From IMG/VR virus record IMGVR_UViG_3300044675_001825, positions 13,457-77,456 of that record: 64,000 nt of DNA; one strand, 5' to 3'. The DNA comes from a virus. The translations under genes and the position numbers were made by a program. Of this stretch, positions 26,529-36,700 are shown piece by piece. Within the stretch, counting starts at the first letter, position 1; every line of letters starts with the position of its first letter. Under the pieces are notes generated by a model. The model did no database searches. It worked only from the letters and a program-made list of their open reading frames with translations, and had not been told where the DNA came from.

Positions 26529-26549
26529 AACCTTTTTAAAATAAATAAT

Positions 26550-27662
26550 ATGTCAACATGCTCAAATTGTTACAATGGATGTACAGAGATTGTCTCTGAC
26601 AGATGTGTAAAATATACAGGAATAGATGTTCCTGTCCTAGGAATACAAACAGGTGATTCTTTATCATTTGTAGAACAAGCATTAATTACATTTCTTACAT
26701 CTACATTAGATGGCACAGGAGTAAAAATTGATCTTGCACCTACAGTGGTATGTGAGCTTGTACAGCAATATCTTCCAACATGTAAAGATCTTTCTATTGT
26801 AGATATATCAAAAGCTCTTGTACAAGCTGCTTGTAATCTTCAATTACAAGTGAATGCCATTAATGCTACACTTGCTACATTGAATGCTGATTATACAATT
26901 GGATGTTTAACAGGTGTTACAGCATCTTCAGATACACATGCTATTCTGCAAGCTGTAATTAACAAGTTGTGTCAAGTACAAGTTGATTTAACAGCATTAA
27001 CTTTAAACTTATCTACTAATTATTCTAGCAATGGTGCACAACTAGATGCTTATATAGCTAACTATCTAGCTACAAATACTCCTAGTTCTAATCTTATAAG
27101 TAATAGAATGGTTCCTTATGCTGTGGTTGAATACTATGGTCCTATTGCTGGTAATTTTGATGGAACAGGTAAAGGACTTGGAATTTGGGATAATATATAT
27201 TTATGTAATGGATTAAATGGTACACCAGATAAAAGAGGAGTCGTAGGAGTAGGTGCTACAAATGGTGCAATGTTAGGACTTACAATGCCTTCAGCTACTA
27301 ATCCATCATTAGGAAATCCTACATATAGTGTAGGTGGATCAATAATAGGTAGTAATAATATTGTGTTATCAACGCTCCAAATGCCTAGCCATACACACCT
27401 TACAACAGTAACAATTAATGATCCAGGACATGGTCATATTTTTAGTAATTCTAGTGGAACATCACTTGGAGGTGGTTATATAGCAACAGGAGTTCCAAAT
27501 GAAGGACCAGGTGCTTTTGGATTAGTTAATAATCAAACAGGATTAAAAGGAACAGGATCAGGACAAAATGTTTTTGTTACTAATTCTAATGAAGGAGGAG
27601 GACTAGCACATCCAAATTTCCAACCTGGATTAGGTTGTTTATATATTCAATACAGACCTTAA
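26550..27662 (+). CDS. Tail fibre/needle protein with tail-collar-like domain
   Basis: Coiled coil followed by LCNGLNGTPDKRG...QMPSHTH...AHPNFQP collar-type motifs. Confidence 0.75.
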   Translation: MSTCSNCYNGCTEIVSDRCVKYTGIDVPVLGIQTGDSLSFVEQALITFLTSTLDGTGVKIDLAPTVVCELVQQYLPTCKDLSIVDISKALVQAACNLQLQVNAINATLATLNADYTIGCLTGVTASSDTHAILQAVINKLCQVQVDLTALTLNLSTNYSSNGAQLDAYIANYLATNTPSSNLISNRMVPYAVVEYYGPIAGNFDGTGKGLGIWDNIYLCNGLNGTPDKRGVVGVGATNGAMLGLTMPSATNPSLGNPTYSVGGSIIGSNNIVLSTLQMPSHTHLTTVTINDPGHGHIFSNSSGTSLGGGYIATGVPNEGPGAFGLVNNQTGLKGTGSGQNVFVTNSNEGGGLAHPNFQPGLGCLYIQYRP

Positions 27663-27674
27663 TAAATCAACACG

Positions 27675-28313
27675 ATGTCATATCCTTTTTTACCAGTTAA
27701 TCCTTGCTGTACAGACGTAGTTTTAAATACTCCTTGTGGATGCACTTCTACACTTCCTAATACTGGATGTGAACAAACCCAATGTGGTACTAATGTAATT
27801 CTATCTAGCAATGTACTTTATAATGGTCCTGTATTGGATTGCATTATAGCTGAGCCATGTGATACACTTAATGTGATATTACAAAAGATCGATGAGATTA
27901 TATGTAATCTACTTGTTCAGATTAACACATTGAATATTCAAGTAGCAAACATCACTGGTCAAATAATTAATATTAATAGTCAGATAATTAATATTAATAA
28001 TACATTAGATGTATGTTGTAATGTTACAACTACTACCACAACCACTGCAACACCAACTACCACAACAACTACCACTGTAGTAGAAGAATGTCGTTATTAT
28101 ATTTTAGAAGGAAACATAGCTCCTGGAGTATGGATTGCAACTTTATGTGGTTCTAAAGTAGATGATCCAGTTTATGTTGGAGGAGAATTAACTCCAGGAC
28201 AAACTGAAGAGACACCTTGTATTATACCTTCTACATTAGAACTGTATGGCGTAAGTATTAAAGTAGACAGAGGAGTATGTCCAACAACAACAACCACCAC
28301 TACAACACTATAA
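27675..28313 (+). CDS. Fibre-like protein (Cys-rich, coiled coil, Thr tracts)
   Basis: VLYNGPVLDC..DTLNVILQKID domain, Ile/Asn coiled coil, poly-Thr. Confidence 0.75.
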   Translation: MSYPFLPVNPCCTDVVLNTPCGCTSTLPNTGCEQTQCGTNVILSSNVLYNGPVLDCIIAEPCDTLNVILQKIDEIICNLLVQINTLNIQVANITGQIININSQIININNTLDVCCNVTTTTTTTATPTTTTTTTVVEECRYYILEGNIAPGVWIATLCGSKVDDPVYVGGELTPGQTEETPCIIPSTLELYGVSIKVDRGVCPTTTTTTTTL

Positions 28314-28322
28314 ATATAAAAC

Positions 28323-28997
28323 ATGGCTGATTGTCCTCAAATAAATAACACAACAATACTAGGAACGAGTGCTGTCACATACGATAGCACTCCACTTCCT
28401 TGTACAGATATAAAAACATGTGATGATCTAAACACGATCCTTGCTAAGTTTGATAATGTTATATGTTCTGCTATAGATAGTGTAAACATTCTTATAGAAG
28501 AAGTAACAAATATCACTGAGGACTTAATGCTTATTACAGAGGATGTAGAGACTATAAACAATCAAATCTTTATATGTTGTCCTATTTGTAGTTTTACAAT
28601 AACTGCTACTGAATTACCTGTGTGTGAGTTTACTGGAACTGCTAATCAACTTCCAGATCCTACAACAACTACAACCAGTAGTTCTTCAACCAGTACTTCT
28701 ACATCAACAAGCACATCTACTAGCACTAGCACATCTACAACAACTAGCACTAGTAGTTCAACCACTACAACTACAACTACAAGTATACCATTACTTTGTT
28801 TTCAAGCAGAGGTTTATCCTCCAATACTTAATCCAGGAACATATCACGTAATACAATATTTAGATTGTAATGGAAACATTCAAGTTGAAAGTGTTCCAGA
28901 TGGTGGAGAAATGGTAACTATTTGTTATACAGGAATTGTATCAGATAACAATAATGGTGTAACCATTCCTTTATATACTTATTGTATAGCAACTTAA
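28323..28997 (+). CDS. Fibre-like protein (Cys-rich, coiled coil, Thr/Ser tract, YxDCxG module)
   Basis: N-domain paralogous to 27675; YLDCNG. Confidence 0.75.
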   Translation: MADCPQINNTTILGTSAVTYDSTPLPCTDIKTCDDLNTILAKFDNVICSAIDSVNILIEEVTNITEDLMLITEDVETINNQIFICCPICSFTITATELPVCEFTGTANQLPDPTTTTTSSSSTSTSTSTSTSTSTSTSTTTSTSSSTTTTTTTSIPLLCFQAEVYPPILNPGTYHVIQYLDCNGNIQVESVPDGGEMVTICYTGIVSDNNNGVTIPLYTYCIAT

Positions 28998-29010
28998 TAA
29001 ACCAAATAAT

Positions 29011-29559
29011 ATGACAGTATTAATAACATTAACAGTAGCAGGTTCAGATTCTGGACCATTTAATCTCTATTCAAATCTTGATGGATATACATCAGCATTT
29101 GAAGCAGGAGTACCTAAAGCATCATTGCTTGCAGGATATTCTTCTGCATTAGTTCCTGACTTTACAACAACTATTAGAATACAATCTGTAGGGGATTGTA
29201 CTAACCACATTGACATACCACTGTATGCCACTACAACAACAAGTAGTAGTACAAGTAGCACAAGTAGTACAACAACAAGTACTACTACTATTGCTAATAC
29301 TTGTTATGCATTCCAGAGTGATCCATACACTACAACATTTACAGCTCAATATATAGATTGTAATGGTGTTATTCAAACAGTTAATGATACATGTTTCTCT
29401 CCACCTTGTACATATACACTGTGTGGATTTTCTGTTTTATCTAGTAGTGAACTTATGAGTATTATAGGAGTTTGTACAACAACCACAACAACCACAGCTG
29501 CACCTACTACAACAAGTACTACTACAGCTGCACCAACCACAACTACAACTACTACTTAA
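29011..29559 (+). CDS. GPFN-domain virion decoration protein with Thr tracts
   Basis: MTVLITLT..GSDSGPFNLYS domain; YIDCNG. Confidence 0.75.
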   Translation: MTVLITLTVAGSDSGPFNLYSNLDGYTSAFEAGVPKASLLAGYSSALVPDFTTTIRIQSVGDCTNHIDIPLYATTTTSSSTSSTSSTTTSTTTIANTCYAFQSDPYTTTFTAQYIDCNGVIQTVNDTCFSPPCTYTLCGFSVLSSSELMSIIGVCTTTTTTTAAPTTTSTTTAAPTTTTTTT

Positions 29560-29578
29560 TTATATAATAAATAAAAAC

Positions 29579-30175
29579 ATGACAATATTAATAACATTGG
29601 TTTTACCACCTGGTGGGGACGCAGGTCCTTTCAATCTTTATTCAGATACAGATGGATACGTTGTTGCATTTGCAACAAATATATCTGCTTCAGCTTTAAT
29701 TGCTGGATATACAGCTACAAACGTACCTGATGGAACAACTATAATTAAAGTACAGTCTGTAGGAGTGTGTACAAACTTTGTTAATGTACCAGTGAATGTG
29801 CTTCCTACTACAACTACAACAAGTTCTAGTAGCACATCTACCACTACAAGTACTAGTACCACTGCTGGTCCAACTACCACTACAACTAGTAGTAGTTCAA
29901 CAAGCACAAGTACTTCTACAAGCACAAGTACATCAACTAGCACTTCTACAAGCTCAACCACCAGTACATCTACAACATCAGTTCCTACCACTACTACCAC
30001 AACTAGTCTTGGTGCATGTACAAAATATAACACTGATGGTCTAGATACAATAAATTATATAGATTGTAATGGTGATCCTCAAACAATTGTAAACATTGAA
30101 ATTGATTTTTGTGCACAAGCTGGTACAGTAACAGGTACTGGTGTAAGTATAATTACACCAAACGATTGCGTATAA
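29579..30175 (+). CDS. GPFN-domain virion decoration protein with long Thr/Ser tract
   Basis: Paralog of 29011; YIDCNG. Confidence 0.75.
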   Translation: MTILITLVLPPGGDAGPFNLYSDTDGYVVAFATNISASALIAGYTATNVPDGTTIIKVQSVGVCTNFVNVPVNVLPTTTTTSSSSTSTTTSTSTTAGPTTTTTSSSSTSTSTSTSTSTSTSTSTSSTTSTSTTSVPTTTTTTSLGACTKYNTDGLDTINYIDCNGDPQTIVNIEIDFCAQAGTVTGTGVSIITPNDCV

Positions 30176-30222
30176 TAATTTTATAAAATAAAAAATCATA
30201 GTTTGTTGGTTTTCTGTGATTT

Positions 30223-30254
30223 CTCCTCAAGATCTTCTTGGGGAGTTTTTGTTT
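30223..30254 (+). terminator. Intrinsic terminator
   Basis: CTCCTCAAGA-TCT-TCTTGGGGAG-TTTTTGTTT. Confidence 0.75.
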
Positions 30255-30255
30255 C

Positions 30256-30331
30256 TAACTAATTTAGTTATAAATAATTAGAGCTCTAACTAGAATTATT
30301 TGGAATATATAAAAACTATTATTTATCTTTA
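30256..30331 (+). promoter_or_regulatory. Palindromic site plus promoter
   Basis: TAACTAA-T-TTAGTTA at 30256; TTTG (30299) - N21 - TATCTTTA (30324). Confidence 0.6.
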
Positions 30332-30359
30332 CAATATTTTTTAACTAATATGAATATAT

Positions 30360-31580
30360 ATGTCTGAAAATCAAAGCTTATTAGGTCAATTGGAGGAATT
30401 GCTGACAATGAAAAGAAGTAAAAAATTCTATGCTGAAAGACTTGGAATAAGCGAATTTGAAGTTAATGAGCTCTTAAAGGAGCTTAGAGAAAAGGACAAT
30501 TATCAAAACGTAGAAGGAAAAAACTACACAGAAGAACGAAAAGTAAATGTTGAAAAGGGTACAATAGAAAGTACAATCATATCTGATTTTGATCCTAAAG
30601 ATGATCTTGAACTAGCTAAGCTACACAAGATAAACCTAGACAAGTATGTCATCACAAACTACTGGTCTAAGATGCTACCAAGTGGGAAGTTCACTTCCTC
30701 AGTCTTTTCTAAGAGAAAAGAAGCAAAAGATTACTCCCCTGAAGACTTTGCTAAATTTTTAGAGAATTATATTCCTAATAACATAAGAGTTATTAATAAA
30801 CCAGTATTAGATGAAGAAAGTTTAGTGGATGTTGAATTATCTTTATCTGATTATCATTTAGCTAAAAAAGTTGTAGATGGAGATAATTGTCCATTTAAAA
30901 GAGCTTCAAACTATTTAAAAATAGTGGAAGATTTAATTACCAAAATAAGAAAAAATTATAGTATTGAACATATAGTTTTTCCTATAAGTAACGATTTTTT
31001 TCATACTGACAATTATCAAAACCAAACTACAAATGGAACTCCTCAAGATACCATCCTTGAATATCATTCTGAATATGAATTAGGATTTTCTTTATTAGTA
31101 GATACTATTAATACATTAAGAGATCATTGTAAAAGTGTTACAGTAGTTTTAGTACAAGGTAATCATGACAGGACTAAATCTTTTTATTTAGCACATGCAT
31201 TAGAAGTTTTCTTTAAAAAAGATTATGATGTAAACTTTATAAGAGAACATAGTGTAGTAAAAGCAGTAGTATTAGGAAATACATTTATAGGATATCATCA
31301 TGGTAACTGTAAAATAGATGATTTGCCTTTATTATTTGCAACTCATCCTGAATATAGTTCTTATTTTGGAGAAGCTAAATATAGAGAAATCCATACAGGA
31401 GATAAGCATCATTACATGGCTAAAGAAATAAAAGGAGTAAGAATACAACAAATGCCAAGTCTTTCATTTACAGATAGATGGCATATGGATAATAACTTTG
31501 TACATTCAATTAGAGCAGCATTAGCACTTGTTTATGATAAAGAAACAGGAAAAATTGCAGAATTTGAATCAAGAATATAA
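30360..31580 (+). CDS. Calcineurin-like metallophosphoesterase with N-terminal HTH
   Basis: SDYH, NDFFH, GNHD, HHG and GDKHH motifs; YAERLGISEFEV HTH. Confidence 0.88.
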   Translation: MSENQSLLGQLEELLTMKRSKKFYAERLGISEFEVNELLKELREKDNYQNVEGKNYTEERKVNVEKGTIESTIISDFDPKDDLELAKLHKINLDKYVITNYWSKMLPSGKFTSSVFSKRKEAKDYSPEDFAKFLENYIPNNIRVINKPVLDEESLVDVELSLSDYHLAKKVVDGDNCPFKRASNYLKIVEDLITKIRKNYSIEHIVFPISNDFFHTDNYQNQTTNGTPQDTILEYHSEYELGFSLLVDTINTLRDHCKSVTVVLVQGNHDRTKSFYLAHALEVFFKKDYDVNFIREHSVVKAVVLGNTFIGYHHGNCKIDDLPLLFATHPEYSSYFGEAKYREIHTGDKHHYMAKEIKGVRIQQMPSLSFTDRWHMDNNFVHSIRAALALVYDKETGKIAEFESRI

Positions 31581-31585
31581 ATAAT

Positions 31586-32314
31586 ATGGCAACATTAAGA
31601 AAGTTAGTATCAGATGTTAGAAGTGTCCACAAGATACTTTCGACTGACTCATTAATAACAGATCGTGCAATTGCATCTGAAATAAGAAATAACTCTTTGT
31701 TATTAATCAAACGTGAGACAAACCTTAGAAAACTTTGGGCAACTGATACATTGTTCACTACAATTCCTTGTTTAGAGATGGTAGAAGTACCCATCTCTGA
31801 ATGTTGTAACTATGTAGATGAGTGTAGTATTGCAAGAACTAAGTTTAAACTTCCACGTATATCAGAAGGTAATTACCAATATGTAATACAAGGAGTTTAT
31901 TCTATCAATGCATTAGGTGGCCAAGGAAAGAAGTTAAAAGAGATCACTGTCAATAGATATATCAATCTACTAAAGCTTCCTATAATTAAGAAAGAAGAAT
32001 ACTTCTGGATATCTAATGGATATCTATACGTAAATAATCCATTGCTAAAATCAATCAGGTTTGTAGCATTGTTTGAAGAAGATGTAGAGAATGAAATCAT
32101 GTATCCAGAATGTGGATGTGGTTCTCCTGATTATACAAATGAACAACTATGTATGAACCCATTAGACAAAGAGTTTGCTCTTCCAGGATATCTAGAACAA
32201 CAAGTGTTACAGCTTACATCACAAAAACTTCTTTCTACTTACTTCAATATTAAAACAGACATAAGTCAAGAAGGAATAGATGGCCAAGCACCAAACTCAA
32301 AACCAACTAATTAA
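31586..32314 (+). CDS. Tail ring-type structural protein
   Basis: Gene order and size of the crAss-like tail module. Confidence 0.65.
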   Translation: MATLRKLVSDVRSVHKILSTDSLITDRAIASEIRNNSLLLIKRETNLRKLWATDTLFTTIPCLEMVEVPISECCNYVDECSIARTKFKLPRISEGNYQYVIQGVYSINALGGQGKKLKEITVNRYINLLKLPIIKKEEYFWISNGYLYVNNPLLKSIRFVALFEEDVENEIMYPECGCGSPDYTNEQLCMNPLDKEFALPGYLEQQVLQLTSQKLLSTYFNIKTDISQEGIDGQAPNSKPTN

Positions 32315-32793
32315 TGAGAACAAAGGTTGATTGGAGAAGTTCTAGCAAGGACAGTTATAATAGTTTCTGTAAAAAACATCCATCTGTAAAACTAACATAT
32401 GATGAATGGAGAAACGTCTTATACACCTACAATGAATCTTTTAAAGAATACATATTAGAAACAGGAGAGAAGGTAAAGCTTCCTTTTGGATTTGGAGAGT
32501 TCTCAATCAACAAGAAGAAAAGAAGAAAACTAAAGAACAATGTAGATGGTAAAGAGTTTGTTAATCTTCCCATAGATTGGCAAAAGACCAAAGAGAAAGG
32601 AAAGGTGATATATAACTTCAACTACCATACAGAAGGTTATTTTTTTGGTTGGATGTGGTTTAAGAACACAGCACGCTTCAAGAACTCTGATCTATGGTAT
32701 TTCAAACCTTCTAGACTAACATCAAGACTTCTGTCACATTACTTAAAGACCAACGACAAGTATCAATACATCTACAATGAATGGAAAAAATAA
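32314..32793 (+). CDS. IHF-like basic protein of the crAss-like tail module
   Basis: GEKVKLPFGFGEFSI and IDWQKTK. Confidence 0.75.
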   Translation: MRTKVDWRSSSKDSYNSFCKKHPSVKLTYDEWRNVLYTYNESFKEYILETGEKVKLPFGFGEFSINKKKRRKLKNNVDGKEFVNLPIDWQKTKEKGKVIYNFNYHTEGYFFGWMWFKNTARFKNSDLWYFKPSRLTSRLLSHYLKTNDKYQYIYNEWKK

Positions 32794-32799
32794 TGAACT

Positions 32800-33774
32800 A
32801 TGTCATACTACTATAAATACAATTTCGTATCCCCAGAGCCTGTCTATTCAACAGTTAAAGAAGAATTAAAGTCTTACTTTGACACTGGTGCAGTGGATGA
32901 TCTTTTATTCCCTACCTACTTAGACAAATGTCTCAAGAAGTTAGGAAGAACTACATTTGTAATAAGTGAAGAGATCTTATATATAGAAGACTTTGAAGCT
33001 AGACTTCCTGATAACTTTTATGCTGTTAGAGAAGCTTGGATGTGTACAGCAGTGAATGGTTTTCCATATCAAGATGCTAACTCATTCTATTCACAAGCAG
33101 CCAATGCAACAACTATTCAGGTGTCTCCATTAACTATTGGAGGTACTCCTTGTACTAATCCTGGTTGTCAGAATTCAGCTTGTGATGGTACATGTATGCC
33201 AACATTAGTACAAGCTGTATACAAAACAAATAATAGTACACCTAGACAGTTTGTTCATGAGTATTTACTTAGACCTGGTAATATATCTGCAAGACAAAAC
33301 TGTGGTGTAGATTATACAAGTGCTTGGGAATTCTATGCTGAAGCTCCTCCTATTCATGAATTTACTCCTGGTGCTGCCAGTTATGACTCATTTGATATTA
33401 GAGACAATAAGTTTGTAACCAACTTCAGAAATGGTGTTGTTCACTTGTTGTTCTATGCTACAGAGTATGATGAGATAGGGAACCAAATGATTCCTGATAA
33501 CTATCGTATAAGAGAATATGTAGAAGCATTCATTAAGTTCAAAGTGTTTGAGATGCTTACTAACCAAACTAATGATGAAACATTCAATCAGTTACAACAA
33601 AAGATGTTATATCACAAGCAAGCATATGAAGAAGCATACATCATGGCTGAGATTGAAATGAAGAAACAATCTCCTTGGGAAAAACAAAGAAGAATCAAAA
33701 ATGATCTTAACAGATTTAATATGTATGAGCTTCCTAATCGTACTAACAGGTATGGTAGAAGACGTAATAATTAA
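32800..33774 (+). CDS. Tail tubular/ring protein
   Basis: ARLPDNFY...YATEYDEIGNQMIPD; lies between the IHF-like gene and the muzzle gene. Confidence 0.7.
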   Translation: MSYYYKYNFVSPEPVYSTVKEELKSYFDTGAVDDLLFPTYLDKCLKKLGRTTFVISEEILYIEDFEARLPDNFYAVREAWMCTAVNGFPYQDANSFYSQAANATTIQVSPLTIGGTPCTNPGCQNSACDGTCMPTLVQAVYKTNNSTPRQFVHEYLLRPGNISARQNCGVDYTSAWEFYAEAPPIHEFTPGAASYDSFDIRDNKFVTNFRNGVVHLLFYATEYDEIGNQMIPDNYRIREYVEAFIKFKVFEMLTNQTNDETFNQLQQKMLYHKQAYEEAYIMAEIEMKKQSPWEKQRRIKNDLNRFNMYELPNRTNRYGRRRNN

Positions 33775-33782
33775 TACACATC

Positions 33783-36700
33783 ATGGCTGAAGAACAATCA
33801 AAAAATAACATAACTCAACATCTTGGCACTGCAATTACTGGTTTAAACTTAGATAGCTCTGTAAATCAAGTTAAACAGGGTTCATTAACCTATGCGTTAA
33901 ATGCTGCAATTGAAAATTTTGATGGTAACATAGTTAACTATCAAAATGAAATGGGTAATGATTTATGTGTCACTTTTCCAAAATCTTATTTACTAATTGG
34001 TACTCATTTCATTAATGAGAAGAATAAACATATATTCTTTCTTGTAAATCCTTTGACATCAATGAGTCAAATTGGATACATGGAAAACAATGATTGTATC
34101 TATCACGTATTAGTAGAAGCTGCATGTCTTAATTTTAATGTTAATAATCCTATACATAAAGTAGTACATAAGATTACAAACTGTACTATAGAGATATATT
34201 GGACAGATGGTTTAAACCCAAGAAGATGGTTAGATATAAATAACATTCCTTATTTATTGAAACCTGGAGCAGACCTTTGTGATCCTGAATATACAGACCA
34301 ATTAGATTGTAACCAACTTAAGATACAACCTAATTTTAGTATTCCTCAACTTAAAGTTGTAGATGTTAGATCTGGAGGAGAACTTGTATCAGGAACTTAT
34401 CAGTTTGCTATACAATATTGTGACCCTGTTGGTAATCCATATACTTCTTACTACTCAGTAACAAACCCTACTCCTATAGCAGATTTAACAATAGCCACTG
34501 TAAATTTCAACACTCCTGTAAGTAAATCTATTGTAGTGGATATAACAGATCTTGATGTTACAGGACAGTTTCAATATTATAATGTAGCTGTAATCAAAAC
34601 AATCAATAATGTTTCATCTGTTGAGTTAGTAGGTACCTATTTTATTGAACAAAACTACGATCAAATTATATATACTGGAGAGGATCAAACTGCAATACAA
34701 TTAACTATTGCTGATATATTTGAGAAGTTTCCTTATTATGAAATAGCACAAGATCTTACATCTGTACAAGATATTCTTGTATGGGACAACCTTACATCTA
34801 TTAATAGAATCAACTATCAATCAATAGCTAGTCAAATAGATGTTCAGTGGGAAACATATAGAATACCTGCTAATGAAAGTTATGAAGATGAATTGAACGC
34901 AACCAATCTACGTGGGTACCTACGTGATGAGGTGTATGCACTTGAGATTGTATTCCTATTAAAGAATGGAAAACAAACAGATGGTTTCCACATTCCTGGA
35001 AGAGAACAAAACTTTAATGAGTTCTCTCAACCAGATATACCTGATACAAGTGCTGACTTTATTGGTGAGCCTGATTACTATTCAGGTGGTGTAGGATATA
35101 GTCCTTATTGGAAAATATATAACACTGCTTCTGTTACTGGATTTTCTCCAGGATATTCTCCTAGCCCTACTTACAAAGGAGCATATCAGTATGGTCAAAT
35201 GGCTTATTGGGAATCTACAGAAGAGTATCCTTGTAATGTAGATCTTTGGGGTGATCTTGCTGGTAAAAATATCAGACATCACAAGTTTCCAGATGTATTA
35301 GTTTCTCCTATAAATGAATCACAGATATTTTCAGGACCTACATCAATGGTGATGGGTAATGATGCTGTATTTCCTATTGGTATTAAAATAGACATTGGTC
35401 AGATATCAAATCTTATATACAACTCTAATTTAACTGATGATGAAAAGAGTGAGATAGCAGGGTTTAAAATCATTAGAGGTAACAGAGGAGTACATAAATC
35501 TATCATAGCTAAAGGGATACTTCGTAATGTTAACTCTTATATAAGAGAAGACCAGTACTACTACTATCCAAATTACCCATATAATGAAACAGGTCCTGAC
35601 GTTGATCCATTCTTAAATGAGGTGAATAACGCATGGACAGAAATATGTGAACCATGGGAGATTAATGTAATGGAATTTAATTTACCTGAAGGTCCTGGTC
35701 CATATACATATGCAGAGGTTGAATTTACCAATTGTAATAATGATAAACCTGATAAACAAAAGTTTACTACATTAGGTAAACATACATTGTGTTCTATTAG
35801 TAGACCTATACCACAAGGTGTTGGTCCATTCAATAGAATGAAGCTTAGAAGAGGAGATACTGAAGAACCTACTCCTGGAACAAAAGTGAATGTGTCTCCA
35901 ATGAATTATGATGTTTATAAACTTGAAGTTAAGAAAAATAGACTTGGACTTCCTAGAGCTGGATGGAGAGCTCAATGGGAAGACACAGTGACAGGAGTAA
36001 CTGATTTTTGGGTATGCTGTGGAAGAAGTTATTTTGTTAATTGTATAAAAGGAACTCGACCAGTTAGCGTACAGAATGATACTGATATAATTACTTTAGA
36101 TAAAGAAGTTAGAGTGCCTGATTGTAAAACTCCAGTTCCTCAAAAACCTATATCTGATAAACCAGAACTAGCATACAGACAAGTATTTAATTCTCCTGAA
36201 ACATCATTTGGACAACCTTTCTTAGGTGATATATTAAAGATTGAGAATGTGATGTTTGGTAAAGGACTTGGTCACTTTGTTGAAGTGAGAGGTAATGCTA
36301 AATATAAACTTCTTACAGAAGAAGCACAAAGAGATGCTCTTCAGGCTTCACAAAATATTGGTAGTATTTCTAGTGGATTCAATGCAACAGCAATGTTCAC
36401 TGTATACCAATCATATCTAACTATTTATATCAATGGTATTACAAGAAGAAACTATGCTTATTCATATAACTCAATAGCTGATTATAATTATAATGTAGGA
36501 GTGGGTAATGATATTACAGTGAATGGTGTTAGAGGTATTAAGCAAAGACCACTTGACATTAAGAGATATCTTATCCCTGGAGTACAATCTGTTGGTGATA
36601 CAATTAATGTTACTGTTGGTGGAACAACTGTAGTTAAAAACGCTCCTATCAACAATTATAGAAGAGAGTCAACAGTTTATTTAAGAACAGATCTTGATAA

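Noticed and set aside
26370-30010. CRISPR array or DGR repeats
   Set aside because: Repeats are degenerate Thr/Ser codons within ORFs; no repeat-spacer period, TR/VR pair or reverse transcriptase seen
26243-30033. Val/Leu-rich minus-strand ORFs (26243..26512, 29067..29261, 29638..30033)
   Set aside because: Antisense shadows of Thr/Ser codon tracts
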